Shown one piece after another: positions 8,893 through 18,169 of a stretch of 64,000 nt of DNA. Source of the DNA: an uncultured Desulfobacterales bacterium (GTDB lineage Bacteria; Desulfobacterota; DSM-4660; Desulfatiglandales; HGW-15); assembly GCA_964413125.1 (NCBI GenBank), contig CAYPSZ010000424.1, forward strand, positions 9,140 through 73,139, given 5' to 3'. The position numbers and the translations under genes were made by a program. Each line of letters starts with the position of its first letter. Positions within the stretch are counted from its first letter, which is position 1. Under the pieces are notes generated by a model that saw only the letters and a list, made by a program, of their open reading frames with translations, made no database searches and was not told the origin of the DNA.

Positions 8893-9816
8893 TCACACCG
8901 TGGGTCTGGGCAGGAGGCCTGCCCGCTCCACGATTTCCGGGACCTTCTGCTCCCACTCAATGGCCATGATGTGAAAACCACTCACACCTTTGACCTCCTT
9001 CAGCCGCTGCATATCCTCCACAGCGATCTTGATTCCCTCTTCGGCCTGGTTCTCTTTGGGAACCCCGGCCATGCGTTTAACTACGCCATCGGGGACGTCC
9101 ATTCCGGGCACGCGGTTCTTCATGTATTTGGCCATGCCCGCCGATTTCATGGGGGTTATGCCCGCCAGGATGTAGACCTGCTCGTGGAGCCCCCGATCCC
9201 GAACCCCTTCCATCCACTTCTCGAACTTGTCCAGATTGTATATACACTGGGTCTGGATGAAATCCACGCCCGCCTTGACCTTCTTGGCCAGTCGGGGCAC
9301 CCGAAGCTCGAAGGGGTCTGCAAAAGGGTTGGCGGCCGCGCCGATGAACATCTTAGGGGGATTCAGGATGTCGTCTCCGCCCTGGAACTTGCCGTCGTCC
9401 CGCATGGTTCTGACCGTCTGGATGAGCTGGATGGAATCCAGGTCGTACACGTTGGCGGCTGTGGGGTGGTCCCCGAACTGCGGGTGGTCTCCGGACAGGC
9501 AGAGCATGGTGTTGATGCCGTGTGCATAAGCCCCGAGAATGTCACTCTGCATGGCAAGGCGGTTGCGGTCCCGGGTGACCATCTGCAGGATAGGGTCAAG
9601 TCCCATCCGGGCGATCAGAATACAGGCCGCAAGGCTGCTCATGCGGACGACGGCCGTCTGGTTGTCCGTTACGTTGATTCCGTCTACGACCCCCCTGAGC
9701 ATCTCAGCTTTCTCTTTAACCTTTTCGGGCACGGAACCCCTGGGGGGACCGCACTCCGAGGTGACCGCCAGGTTGCCGGATGTCAGAATCTTTTCCAGTT
9801 TGCTTTCGGTATTCAT
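8893..9816 (-). CDS. metF: Methylenetetrahydrofolate reductase, acetogen/MetFV type
   Basis: The ATG at 9816 overlaps the metV stop (ATGA). The translation MNTESKLEKILTSGNLAVTSECGPPRG...VTDNQ...RDRNRLAMQSDILGA...LSGDHP is MetF-like. The longer ORF to 9954 lies inside metV and is rejected. Confidence 0.85.
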   Translation of the reverse strand: MNTESKLEKILTSGNLAVTSECGPPRGSVPEKVKEKAEMLRGVVDGINVTDNQTAVVRMSSLAACILIARMGLDPILQMVTRDRNRLAMQSDILGAYAHGINTMLCLSGDHPQFGDHPTAANVYDLDSIQLIQTVRTMRDDGKFQGGDDILNPPKMFIGAAANPFADPFELRVPRLAKKVKAGVDFIQTQCIYNLDKFEKWMEGVRDRGLHEQVYILAGITPMKSAGMAKYMKNRVPGMDVPDGVVKRMAGVPKENQAEEGIKIAVEDMQRLKEVKGVSGFHIMAIEWEQKVPEIVERAGLLPRPTV

Positions 9817-10481
9817 GAGGCCAGATCCTCTCTGATTATTCTTCGGGGACCGCCGTCCCGGCTCGTTCGCCAATCCTTGGGAGGGGTAATGTCCTCGTAG
9901 CGGCTTTCCAGTCCAAGGGCCTTCAGCCGATCCCAGATCAACTGCCACGCACAATCCACGTCAGGGCTGATTTCGCACTTTCCGTTGGTGGAACCGCCGC
10001 AGGGCCCGTTGAGCAGCCGTTTGGAGCACCGGGCGATGGGACAGATCCCCCCTGTCAAGCCGAGGAGGCAGTCTCCGCAGCCCTGGCAGCGCTCCGCCCA
10101 GACACCCTGGCGTTCCGAGGCCCCCATGAACTTGGTGTTCACCGCGGGAAAAACAGGTGTTTCCCTGAAGCGTTTTGCCACTTCCTGGACTCCACACCCG
10201 CAGGCCATGGACAGGACCGCATCGGCCCGATCTATGGACGTCACCAGCTCCTCCACATACTCCGGATCGCACTGCCTCTCCAGGGTCATCTCGATCAGGT
10301 CCAGGGTCCTTCCTTCCTTCATGCGGGCCATCTGGAGCGCGGAGGAGAGCAGGGCCACCTCCTTGCGTCCGCCGGCCGCACACACGGTCACGCACTCGTT
10401 GCAGCCCACGAGAATGATGCGGTCGTAAGGCTCGATGTACGCGAGGATTTCTTCAAGGGGTTTCCGCTCAGCTGTAATCAT
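9813..10481 (-). CDS. metV: MetV, Cys-rich small subunit associated with MetF
   Basis: 222 aa with Cys clusters (GCNECVTVCAAGG, CQGCGDC, GGICPIARC, NGPCGGS...GKCE), directly upstream of and translationally coupled to metF. Confidence 0.8.
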   Translation of the reverse strand: MITAERKPLEEILAYIEPYDRIILVGCNECVTVCAAGGRKEVALLSSALQMARMKEGRTLDLIEMTLERQCDPEYVEELVTSIDRADAVLSMACGCGVQEVAKRFRETPVFPAVNTKFMGASERQGVWAERCQGCGDCLLGLTGGICPIARCSKRLLNGPCGGSTNGKCEISPDVDCAWQLIWDRLKALGLESRYEDITPPKDWRTSRDGGPRRIIREDLAS

Positions 10482-10505
10482 GTCCTTTTGTCTCCTTGCT
10501 CGTTA

Positions 10506-10952
10506 CTATGAAGCAACGGCGGCTCGGGCCCGCCCGGCCAGGCTATCCTTGACAGGGTTGGGTCCCAGGCTGCGGATTTTGTCCGTGAACTCACCGGCGA
10601 TGAGGGCGAACCGTTCACCCATGCCGGCGGAAAGCGTGACCATTTCCACCCGGTCCGGCCCGATTCCGATTTCGTCCAGCATGGCTTTGACATGCGTGAC
10701 CCTTTTGGCCGCCTTGACATTGCCGTCCTTGAAATGGCAGTCCCCCTCGAGACATCCGGCCACGATCACGCCGTCGGCCCCTTTTTCCAGAGCCCGCATG
10801 ATGTGAATGGCTCCGACCTTCCCGGAGCAGGGGACCTTTATGATTTTGACATTCGGGGGATAACACAGCCGCATAGTCCCGGCCATGTCGGCCGCCGTAT
10901 AGGCACAGTAGTGACAGCAGAATGCGACAATGACAGGATCGAACTCTTTCAT
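10506..10952 (-). CDS. mvhD: MvhD-like (methyl-viologen-reducing hydrogenase delta subunit family) electron-transfer protein
   Basis: The ATG at 10952 overlaps the hdrA stop (ATGA). The translation MKEFDPVIVAFCCHYCAYTAAD...IKVPCSGKV...VIVAGCLEGDCHF is the MvhD/FlpD signature. Confidence 0.85.
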   Translation of the reverse strand: MKEFDPVIVAFCCHYCAYTAADMAGTMRLCYPPNVKIIKVPCSGKVGAIHIMRALEKGADGVIVAGCLEGDCHFKDGNVKAAKRVTHVKAMLDEIGIGPDRVEMVTLSAGMGERFALIAGEFTDKIRSLGPNPVKDSLAGRARAAVAS

Positions 10953-13900
10953 GCGAACATTCCTTCCAGCAGGCCGTACACCTTGGCCAGGATCTGATCG
11001 TCTTCGTACTGCATCAATTGAATTGCACCCGCCGGGCACTCGGCCGCACAAAGTCCGCATCCGTGGCACTTGGCAGGGTCGATTTCCGAGTAGCCGTCCG
11101 CGTTGATAAAAGGCACATCAAAGGGGCAGATGCGCACGCAGATCAGGCATGCCGCGCACTTTTCCCCCTGGACCTTCGCCACGGAAGCTCCCAGGTTGAT
11201 TACATCCCTGGCCAGGAGGGTCTGGGCCCTGCCGGCCGCGGCCTGGGCCTGGGCTATGCTCTCACTTATGGACTTTGGAGAATGGGCCGTGCCTGCAACG
11301 AAAAACCCCGGCGCTGCGAGGTCTACAGGCCGCAGCTTGATGTGATCCTCCAGGAAATATCCGTCCACCGTTCTGTTGAGGTGAAAGATGGCGGCGAGGT
11401 CCTCGGTGGCTTCGTCGTCGGCCATAAAACCGGTGCTCAGGGCCAGGCAGTCCGCCTCGACGCGGATCTTACGGCCCAGGACCGGGTCGGTGAAGGTGAC
11501 CTTGACACGATCGCCGGCCGCCTCCACCTGGGGCTGGTCGTCCATTTCGTAGTGTACGAACACTACGCCTTTCTCCCTGGCCCTTCGATAGGCGTCTTCC
11601 TGGAACCCGTAGGTCCTGATGTCCCTGTTGAGGACGAACACCCTGGCATCCGGGCTAAGGTCAAGAATCCGCAGGGCGTTTTTCACCGCCGACTGGCAGC
11701 AGACGCGCGAGCAATTGGGGTTGTCTTCGCAGCGGGACCCGACACACTGGATCATGACGCTGTTTTTCCATGAACGGACATCATCGGTGCGATCCTCGAT
11801 CACTCCGTCCAGGTCCAGCTGTGTGAGCACGGCCTTGTGCTCGTCAAGAAGATAGGCCTTGGGCCGGCGCGGCGGGGCACCCGTAGCCAGGATGGCCGCA
11901 CCGTGGGTGAGTTGCCGGTAGGCCAGTCTCGGGCCGAACTGAATGCCCGTTTTGAACATGCCGGGCATGCCGGAGTGGTCCACGATAACTGCGTTCAGGA
12001 GCACCTGTATGTTGTCGTGGTTCTTGACCCGCTCGACAAGGCCCTTCATGTATTCCTGAACGTCTTCTCCTTCAAGGGTCTTCCTTATGCCGCCGGCTAC
12101 GCCGCCCAGCGCTCCGGATCGTTCCACCAGAAAGATCTTGTACCCCTTGTCGCCGAGCCTGAGGGCGGCGTTCATACCTGTAACGCCTCCTCCCACCACA
12201 AGGATATCCTTGTTCATGGGGAGGACGTGATCGGTGAGGGGGCGCGAGAGAGCCGCGCTGGAGACCGACATCCGGATCAGGTCATAGGCCTTGTCCCGGG
12301 CCTTTTCCGGGAGATCTCCGTGGACCCAGGTGTCCTGGTCCCTGAGGTTGGCGATTTCCACCAGGTACTTGTTGAGACCGGCCTTTCGCACGGTGTCCTG
12401 AAACAGGGTCTCGTGAGTCCTGGGGGAGCAGGCTCCCATGACCACCCGGTTGAGGCCCTTTTCCTGAATGACCCCTTGGATGTGCTCCAGAGACTCACGC
12501 GAGCACCCGTGACCCACTACCTCGGCGGTTGCCACCCCGGGAAGTCCCCCGGCGTACTCCGCGACCTTGGTAACGTCGATGAGACCGCCGATGTTGTAAC
12601 CGCAGTCACACACAAAGACCCCGATCCGGGGTTCCGCGTCCCGCACATCACGTTCCGGCGGGAGCGCGTCCGGTTCCTCTTCCGGGAATTCGTCTTCCGT
12701 CTCAATCGTTTTTTCCGACATGCCCTGGTAGTCCGACGCCAGGCAGGCGGCCGCGCTCGCCTGGACCATGGTCTCAGGAATGTCCTTCGGACTCTGGATC
12801 ACACCGGCCACGTAAATCCCTTCCCTGGATGTGGCCACGGGATCGAAGCTCGTGCTCCGTGCGAACCGGTGTTCGTTGAGTTCGATTCCCAGGATCCCGG
12901 CCAGCGCTTCCATTTCGGGGGAAGGCCTGAAGCCGGTGGCAAGGACCGCCATGTCGAATACGGCCTTTTCCGTTCGGCCGTCGTCGGTCACATAGGTGAT
13001 GGAGAGGTCCCCGGTGTCGCCCACCGGTTCAATGCTGTGAGGGCGGCAGCGCACGAACCGGACGTTGAAATCCCTTTTCGCGCGCTCATAGTAGAGTTCG
13101 TAGTCCTTTCCGCAGGTCCGCATGTCCATGAAAAAGACCACGGCCTCGATCTCTTCCTGAAAACGCTCCTTGGTGACCACGGCCTCTTTCAGGGAGAACA
13201 TACAGCAGGCGCTCGAGCAGTACGGCACATCTCCCTGGTTGATGCCGCGGGAACCGGCACACTGGATCCAGGCGACCTTTTGGGGGGCCTTTTCGTCCGA
13301 TGGACGAATCAGCCGGCCCTGGGTGGGCCCCGAGGCGGACAGGATACGTTCGTATTCAAGGCTGGTCACTACGTTGGGATACAGTCCGTAGCCCCAGTTG
13401 GCCACCACCCCCGGATCGAACAAATCCGCCCCCGTAGCCAGGACGATGGCGCTCACATCCAAAACAAACTCCCTGGGCCGGTCGTCCGGAAGGATGGCCT
13501 CGTCCCTGCAGACCCCTACCAGGGCGTCCACATCCTCGCACCGCTCCATGTCTATGGAATAGGCGTAGGGTGTGGCCTGCGGATATCGCATGCAGGTGGG
13601 GGCTCGGTGATCCAGCCCCGGAGAAAACCTGACGCATTCGGGAAACTGCTTGAAACACTCACCACAGGCCGTACAACGGTCTGTGTCGATGTACCTGGGT
13701 TCCGTGGTCAGGGTGACCCTGAAATGACCGGCCTCGCCTTCCAGGCCGGTGACGCGGGTCAGTGTCCGAAGCTCCATGTGAAGCTCACGGCCGCTCTCCG
13801 AGAGAAACGGGGAAAGGGTACAAAGGTCACAGTTATTTGTGGGAAAGGTCCGGTCCAGCTGAGTCATGAGACCCCCGATGGCCGGAGCTTTGTCTATGAG

Positions 13901-14011
13901 GATGACGTCGCGCTTGGCCTCGGCCAGGTCCAGGGCTGTCTTGATGCCTCCCATGCCGCCGCCTATTACCAGCACCTTGTTGTTCCACGGAAAACGCTCT
14001 TGATCTTCCAT
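10949..14011 (-). CDS. hdrA: Large HdrA-like flavoprotein with two tandem HdrA modules
   Basis: 1020 aa. It has two FAD dinucleotide motifs (VLVIGGGMGG, ILVVGGGVTG) and two HdrA cysteine signatures (CAGSRGINQGDVPYCSSACC, CVGSRCEDNPNCSRVCC). A central CDCG insert domain (VFVCDCGYNIGG) and C-terminal 2x CxxCxxCxxxCP motifs are also present. Confidence 0.85.
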   Translation of the reverse strand: MEDQERFPWNNKVLVIGGGMGGIKTALDLAEAKRDVILIDKAPAIGGLMTQLDRTFPTNNCDLCTLSPFLSESGRELHMELRTLTRVTGLEGEAGHFRVTLTTEPRYIDTDRCTACGECFKQFPECVRFSPGLDHRAPTCMRYPQATPYAYSIDMERCEDVDALVGVCRDEAILPDDRPREFVLDVSAIVLATGADLFDPGVVANWGYGLYPNVVTSLEYERILSASGPTQGRLIRPSDEKAPQKVAWIQCAGSRGINQGDVPYCSSACCMFSLKEAVVTKERFQEEIEAVVFFMDMRTCGKDYELYYERAKRDFNVRFVRCRPHSIEPVGDTGDLSITYVTDDGRTEKAVFDMAVLATGFRPSPEMEALAGILGIELNEHRFARSTSFDPVATSREGIYVAGVIQSPKDIPETMVQASAAACLASDYQGMSEKTIETEDEFPEEEPDALPPERDVRDAEPRIGVFVCDCGYNIGGLIDVTKVAEYAGGLPGVATAEVVGHGCSRESLEHIQGVIQEKGLNRVVMGACSPRTHETLFQDTVRKAGLNKYLVEIANLRDQDTWVHGDLPEKARDKAYDLIRMSVSSAALSRPLTDHVLPMNKDILVVGGGVTGMNAALRLGDKGYKIFLVERSGALGGVAGGIRKTLEGEDVQEYMKGLVERVKNHDNIQVLLNAVIVDHSGMPGMFKTGIQFGPRLAYRQLTHGAAILATGAPPRRPKAYLLDEHKAVLTQLDLDGVIEDRTDDVRSWKNSVMIQCVGSRCEDNPNCSRVCCQSAVKNALRILDLSPDARVFVLNRDIRTYGFQEDAYRRAREKGVVFVHYEMDDQPQVEAAGDRVKVTFTDPVLGRKIRVEADCLALSTGFMADDEATEDLAAIFHLNRTVDGYFLEDHIKLRPVDLAAPGFFVAGTAHSPKSISESIAQAQAAAGRAQTLLARDVINLGASVAKVQGEKCAACLICVRICPFDVPFINADGYSEIDPAKCHGCGLCAAECPAGAIQLMQYEDDQILAKVYGLLEGMFA

Positions 14012-14058
14012 TGCTTACCTGTCGTCCATTCTGGTCGAGTTCATTTACCGGTTTGAGA

Positions 14059-14931
14059 TCACATGCCTGCGAAGTCAAGGATGCTTGGAAGCTCATGCTC
14101 CCATCCCAGCGTGACGATCTGAACGCCCTGGGCTGCGCCTTTCAAGTCTTTGACTGTCTCCCCGGCGATTTTAATACACTCCATCTCACGGTTTTTCGCC
14201 TGTCGAATGCGCTGAATAAGGGCTTCTGAAATGCGATAGGCCGGAAGGGTCGTGGCCATGTAGCGCGCGATGCCCACAGACTTCAAAAGAAACACCGTGG
14301 GAATGATCGGCACCCCAAGCCCCTTGGCCTTGTTTGCCAGCGCTGCGAAGGCCTCGAGGTCGAAGACCGGTGGAGACACGATGAATTGGGCGCCCGCATC
14401 CACTTTTTTCGCGGCCGCCCCCAGTTGCGCCTCCAGGGCCTTGTCATCCGCGTAAGGTTCGATGGTGCACCCGACCGTAAAGGTTGGATTGCCCTTGAGA
14501 TCGATACCGGCCATGTCAACACCATCCTGGAGCGATTTGATTCCCTTCAACAACTCCAGTTCATCAAGGTCGTTCACTGTTTTGGCGTCGAAGTGGTCCC
14601 CGTAAGCCATTTCCTCGCCGCGGACCACCATGATATTCTGAACGCCCAAGACGTGAGCGGACAGGAGTTCCGCCTGCACGGCCAAACGGTTTCTGTCGCG
14701 GCAGCATACATGAATAATGGCTTCCATGCCCTGCTGCTGCATGAGAACACCACCACCGAGGGCACTCATTCTCATCATCCCGTCGGCCATGTCGGGGATT
14801 ACGACGGCGTCTACACGGCCCTTGATTCGCCGAGCATGGGTGATCAGTTCCGAGATGTCCACTCCTTTCGGGGTGTCCATTTCCGCCAGGATCACGAACT
14901 CACCTGAGGCCAAACGTTTCTGAAAACTCAT
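14059..14931 (-). CDS. Second methylenetetrahydrofolate reductase-like paralog (no adjacent MetV)
   Basis: 290 aa. CCRDRNRLAVQAELLSAHVLGVQNIMVVRGE aligns with the RDRNRLAMQSDILGA block of the metF at 8893-9816. It is the first gene after the sigma-54 promoter. Confidence 0.75.
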   Translation of the reverse strand: MSFQKRLASGEFVILAEMDTPKGVDISELITHARRIKGRVDAVVIPDMADGMMRMSALGGGVLMQQQGMEAIIHVCCRDRNRLAVQAELLSAHVLGVQNIMVVRGEEMAYGDHFDAKTVNDLDELELLKGIKSLQDGVDMAGIDLKGNPTFTVGCTIEPYADDKALEAQLGAAAKKVDAGAQFIVSPPVFDLEAFAALANKAKGLGVPIIPTVFLLKSVGIARYMATTLPAYRISEALIQRIRQAKNREMECIKIAGETVKDLKGAAQGVQIVTLGWEHELPSILDFAGM

Positions 14932-15058
14932 GGCTTCCCTTTCTTTTCCAATGGATAGGGATCATCATGAATGCGTGAAAGTCGTTGTTTCACGTATTCA
15001 CGTGATCCCGCTGATTCCCGTCAGGGGGTCGCACCCCATGAGCGCAAGCCCAGTCTCA

Positions 15059-15073
15059 GCAAGTTTGGTGCCA
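15059..15073 (-). promoter_or_regulatory. Sigma-54 (-24/-12) promoter for the metF2-hdrA-mvhD-metVF cluster
   Basis: The minus strand reads CTGGCACCAAACTTGCT, i.e. TGGCAC-N5-TTGC with canonical spacing, about 130 nt upstream of the start codon at 14931. Confidence 0.6.
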
Positions 15074-15163
15074 GGGCTGGATGGGCCTCCAAAAAGGAGT
15101 TATCCGTCTGTTTTTATATGATAAAAAAATATACAGGCAGATGGAAGAGCGGCTCCATGTAAT

Positions 15164-15208
15164 TGCAATTCAGCAAATAAGGATGTTGGCGGTACTGCAA
15201 TTCTGCAA
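15164..15208. promoter_or_regulatory. Direct repeat TGCAATTC(A/T)GCAA x2, candidate enhancer (UAS) for the sigma-54 promoter
   Basis: The 13-mers at 15164-15176 and 15196-15208 differ at one position and are spaced 32 bp apart. They lie about 90-135 bp upstream of the -24 element, with an A/T-rich tract (about 15111-15134) between. Confidence 0.3.
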
Positions 15209-15223
15209 CAGCCGTTAACACCT

Positions 15224-15946
15224 CTATTTGAACATTGTCAACCTTTTTGTCCCAAGGATCTGCCTGAAATTGGCGCCCTGGCTCACACAGCAAAGGGCAA
15301 GGGAAGTATCGACCACCCTGGTTCCTGAGACGGCGTCCAGGCCGTAGTCAAAGAGGACGGGGGTGAGAGGAGTTGTGTCGCCCAGCATTATGACATAAGC
15401 CGAGGGTGAGCACAGGGAAAGCAGACCCTCCAGCGTGTGGTTTGTAAGGGACGTCCCGGTTATTGCAACCACATCCGCTTGTGGAATGAGGTCGCCGGCC
15501 TGCTCCTCCCCAAAATCGCCTTCCCAGGGGTTTTTCTCGATGACCCACAACTCCTTTGCTTTTCTTCTCACCCTGGAAAGAAAAGGAAAATGGCCTACGA
15601 CGGCTATTCTCCTCCCTTCGCCTTTTTCCAGTATGAGATCGGCGGCATTTAACTCCAGGCAGTCCGGTTTGTCAACCGCGATAAGGGAATTTATGGCGGC
15701 CATGCCGATGGCCGCTTCAAGGATGCTGTCTGAATATGCCATCCCGGTCAGTTCTTCGGGTGTCTTTTCTAAAAGACGCCCGGGCTCTTTGACCAGGGGA
15801 GGTGTCTGACGCAGGGCGTCGCGGGGCAGGTTGGCTGCGAGCCCGCAGTTTCGGGTCAGTACGCCGGTGTGGAAAACCCCCTGGCGTACATCTCTTACCG
15901 GCGCGTCAAGATCGAGTGTGGATATCAGGTGATCGATGATTCTCAT
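15224..15946 (-). CDS. DUF364-type protein (putative metal-chelation / Rossmann-like domain)
   Basis: The ATG at 15946 overlaps the upstream stop (ATGA). The pattern MRIIDHLIS...AAINSL...IAVVGHFPF...DVVAITGTSLTNHTLEGLL matches my memory of the DUF364 family. Confidence 0.55.
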   Translation of the reverse strand: MRIIDHLISTLDLDAPVRDVRQGVFHTGVLTRNCGLAANLPRDALRQTPPLVKEPGRLLEKTPEELTGMAYSDSILEAAIGMAAINSLIAVDKPDCLELNAADLILEKGEGRRIAVVGHFPFLSRVRRKAKELWVIEKNPWEGDFGEEQAGDLIPQADVVAITGTSLTNHTLEGLLSLCSPSAYVIMLGDTTPLTPVLFDYGLDAVSGTRVVDTSLALCCVSQGANFRQILGTKRLTMFK

Positions 15947-16809
15947 TGTTGAAGCCGCCGGTTTAGGTCTTCCCATATCTTCTTGACCGCCTTGGCCCCT
16001 GCGGAGTCCCGGTTGAATTCCACAATGGTTTTTCCCTCCACCATGGCCCTTGTAAAGACGTTGTCAAAGGGAATCCTTCCCAAGACACTTATATCTTTCT
16101 CCCCGGCAAAGGACTCGATGGCCTCTCCCATAGAAGGGTTCAAGTCGAACTTGTTGACACAGAGCATTGCCGGAACCCTGAAGAATGAGGCCAGCTGGGC
16201 CACGCGTTCCATGTCGTGCTTGCCGGAGACGGATGGTTCCGCCACTATGAGCACGGCACTGGCCCCCCCCATGGAGGCAATCACCGGACAACCCACACCC
16301 GGGGGGCCGTCGGTAATAAGGAGATCCAGGCCTTTTTCTTCCACGAGTTTTTTCCCTTCCTGTCGGACCAGCGTGACCAGCTTTCCGGAATTCTCCTCGG
16401 CTATTCCGAGGCTGGCATGGGCCATGGGGCCGAACCGGGTGTCGGAAATATACCACTCCCCGCAGGTGTTGAGAGGGAAATCAATGGCCTCTTCGGGGCA
16501 GAAGTACCAGCAGACGCCGCAGCCCTCGCATTCAATGGGGTCGACCACATAATCCTCACTTATCGCGCCCCACCTGCACAGATCATGGCACAGGCCGCAT
16601 TGTGTGCATTTCTCTTTTTGGATGACCGCGGTGTGGCCTGACTCGAAATCATGCCGTTCTTTAATTTTCGGGTCCATTATCAGGTGAAGATCCGCAGCGT
16701 CAACATCCGCATCACAGAGGACCTTGTTCTCGGCAAGTGAGGCAAACGCGGCAACAACACTGGTCTTGCCCGTTCCTCCTTTGCCGCTTATGATAACAAT
16801 TTCTTTCAT
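15943..16809 (-). CDS. MinD/ParA-family P-loop ATPase with inserted 2x[4Fe-4S] ferredoxin domain
   Basis: Deviant Walker A (SGKGGTGKTS) followed by CTQCGLCHDLC and CEGCGVCWYFCP motifs. It is a paralog of the next gene. Confidence 0.8.
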   Translation of the reverse strand: MKEIVIISGKGGTGKTSVVAAFASLAENKVLCDADVDAADLHLIMDPKIKERHDFESGHTAVIQKEKCTQCGLCHDLCRWGAISEDYVVDPIECEGCGVCWYFCPEEAIDFPLNTCGEWYISDTRFGPMAHASLGIAEENSGKLVTLVRQEGKKLVEEKGLDLLITDGPPGVGCPVIASMGGASAVLIVAEPSVSGKHDMERVAQLASFFRVPAMLCVNKFDLNPSMGEAIESFAGEKDISVLGRIPFDNVFTRAMVEGKTIVEFNRDSAGAKAVKKIWEDLNRRLQQ

Positions 16810-16824
16810 TAAAACTGCTCCTTT

Positions 16825-17661
16825 TCAGCCCTTGATCTCCTCAATCCGACGAAAGAGCGCTTTGAATTCCTCTTTCCATGCAGGCATGGCTTCGACAAGC
16901 ATCTCACCCCTCGAATAGAGCTCGGCGATTTTCCTATCAAAGGGAATCTCCATCAAAACGGGAATCCCCTTGTCTTTTGCATAATCTTTGGCCCGATCGT
17001 CTCCCATATCCGACCTGTTGATGACAAGGCCGCACGGTATGCCCAGTATGTCAACGGCTCCGACGGCCAGTTTAAGGTCGTGCAGGCCGAATGGTGTGGG
17101 TTCGGTGACGAGCAGGATAAAATCCGCCCCCTTCATTGAAGCGATGACCGGGCATGAAGTCCCCGGGGGCGCGTCGATGATGGTCAGATTGCATGGGCGG
17201 GTGTAATCTCTCACTTTTCGAATAAGGGGTGGCGACATGGCCTCCCCGATGCGCAGCTTGCCGTGCACGAACTCCAAGCCGTTTTTCCTGCCCTGCTCGA
17301 GAATGCCGAGTTCACGGCTGGTTTCCGTTATGGCTTTTTCAGGGCATACCTCCATGCATCCGCCGCAGCTGTGACAGAGCTCATGGAACGGCAGAACCGT
17401 TTCGCCGATCACAATGATAGCCTTGAACTGGCATATCTCGTTGCATTTTCCACAGAGGGTGCATTTTTCCATATCCACTTGCGGGACAGGGGTGAACACC
17501 GTCTCGGTTTTCTCGATCGCCGGGTGGATGAACAGATGCGAGTTGGGTTCTTCCACATCGCAGTCAAGGAGTTGTATGTCTCCCTCTACGGAAAGGGCAA
17601 GGTTGGTGGCTACAGTGGTCTTACCGGTGCCGCCCTTTCCGCTCGCTACACTGATGATCAT
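16825..17661 (-). CDS. MinD/ParA-family P-loop ATPase with inserted 2x[4Fe-4S] ferredoxin domain (second copy)
   Basis: SGKGGTGKTT Walker A, plus CTLCGKCNEIC and CHSCGGCMEVCP motifs. Its start overlaps the upstream stop (TAATG). Confidence 0.8.
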   Translation of the reverse strand: MIISVASGKGGTGKTTVATNLALSVEGDIQLLDCDVEEPNSHLFIHPAIEKTETVFTPVPQVDMEKCTLCGKCNEICQFKAIIVIGETVLPFHELCHSCGGCMEVCPEKAITETSRELGILEQGRKNGLEFVHGKLRIGEAMSPPLIRKVRDYTRPCNLTIIDAPPGTSCPVIASMKGADFILLVTEPTPFGLHDLKLAVGAVDILGIPCGLVINRSDMGDDRAKDYAKDKGIPVLMEIPFDRKIAELYSRGEMLVEAMPAWKEEFKALFRRIEEIKG

Positions 17662-18107
17662 TATGTGCTCCTTCTCGTTTTTTGCCTGATCATATAATCA
17701 TTCAGGGCCTCCTGGAGGGTCTCCGCCGCCAAAAAGGCGCAGTGCTGATCTTCTTCAGTAAGGGCCCCAAGCTTCTTAAGGATTGATTCACCTGAAATTT
17801 CAATTAGTTCATCAGGGGTCAGCCCTTGCGCCAATTCAGCGGCAAAAGATCCGCACACCGTACTGGCCCCACAGCCGTCCGTACGGAACAGGGCCTCACC
17901 GACCTTGTCCCCCTCGAATCTCAAATAGATCTCCATGGTGTCGCCGCAGGAGCCTGTGACCCGGCCGTAACCGTCCGCATTCTCCATGGTCCCGGCATAT
18001 AAGGGGTTGAGCCATCTTTCAAAACCGGCATCACCATAGGCCTTTCTTGTCTCATCATGAATTTGATTTTGAAGTTCGTTGACAAAATCATCAAAGCTGT
18101 CGCTCAT
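17661..18107 (-). CDS. NifU/IscU N-terminal-like Fe-S scaffold protein
   Basis: Start taken at the ATG at 18107 (MSDSFDD...). The motifs GSCGDTMEIYL...DGCGASTVC...HCAFLAAETL give the three-Cys IscU/NifU-N pattern. Confidence 0.65.
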   Translation of the reverse strand: MSDSFDDFVNELQNQIHDETRKAYGDAGFERWLNPLYAGTMENADGYGRVTGSCGDTMEIYLRFEGDKVGEALFRTDGCGASTVCGSFAAELAQGLTPDELIEISGESILKKLGALTEEDQHCAFLAAETLQEALNDYMIRQKTRRST

Positions 18108-18169
18108 TTTATTGCCCCCTAATAGGACCAACTTTAATCTCTCAGCGTCTGAAATACAGTTTCTGCAGG

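Noticed and set aside
11837-14056. A 739-aa plus-strand ORF. Similar long antisense ORFs lie at 8866-9900, 11018-11773, 20279-21331, 24275-25903, 47703-49088, 28711-29493, 58436-59137 and 60568-61068.
   Set aside because: These are shadow ORFs opposite well-supported genes (hdrA, metF, the OYE reductase, the sigma-54 activator, ppsA and others). Their translations are Arg/Gly/Pro/His-rich with no motifs, which is typical of GC-rich antisense frames.
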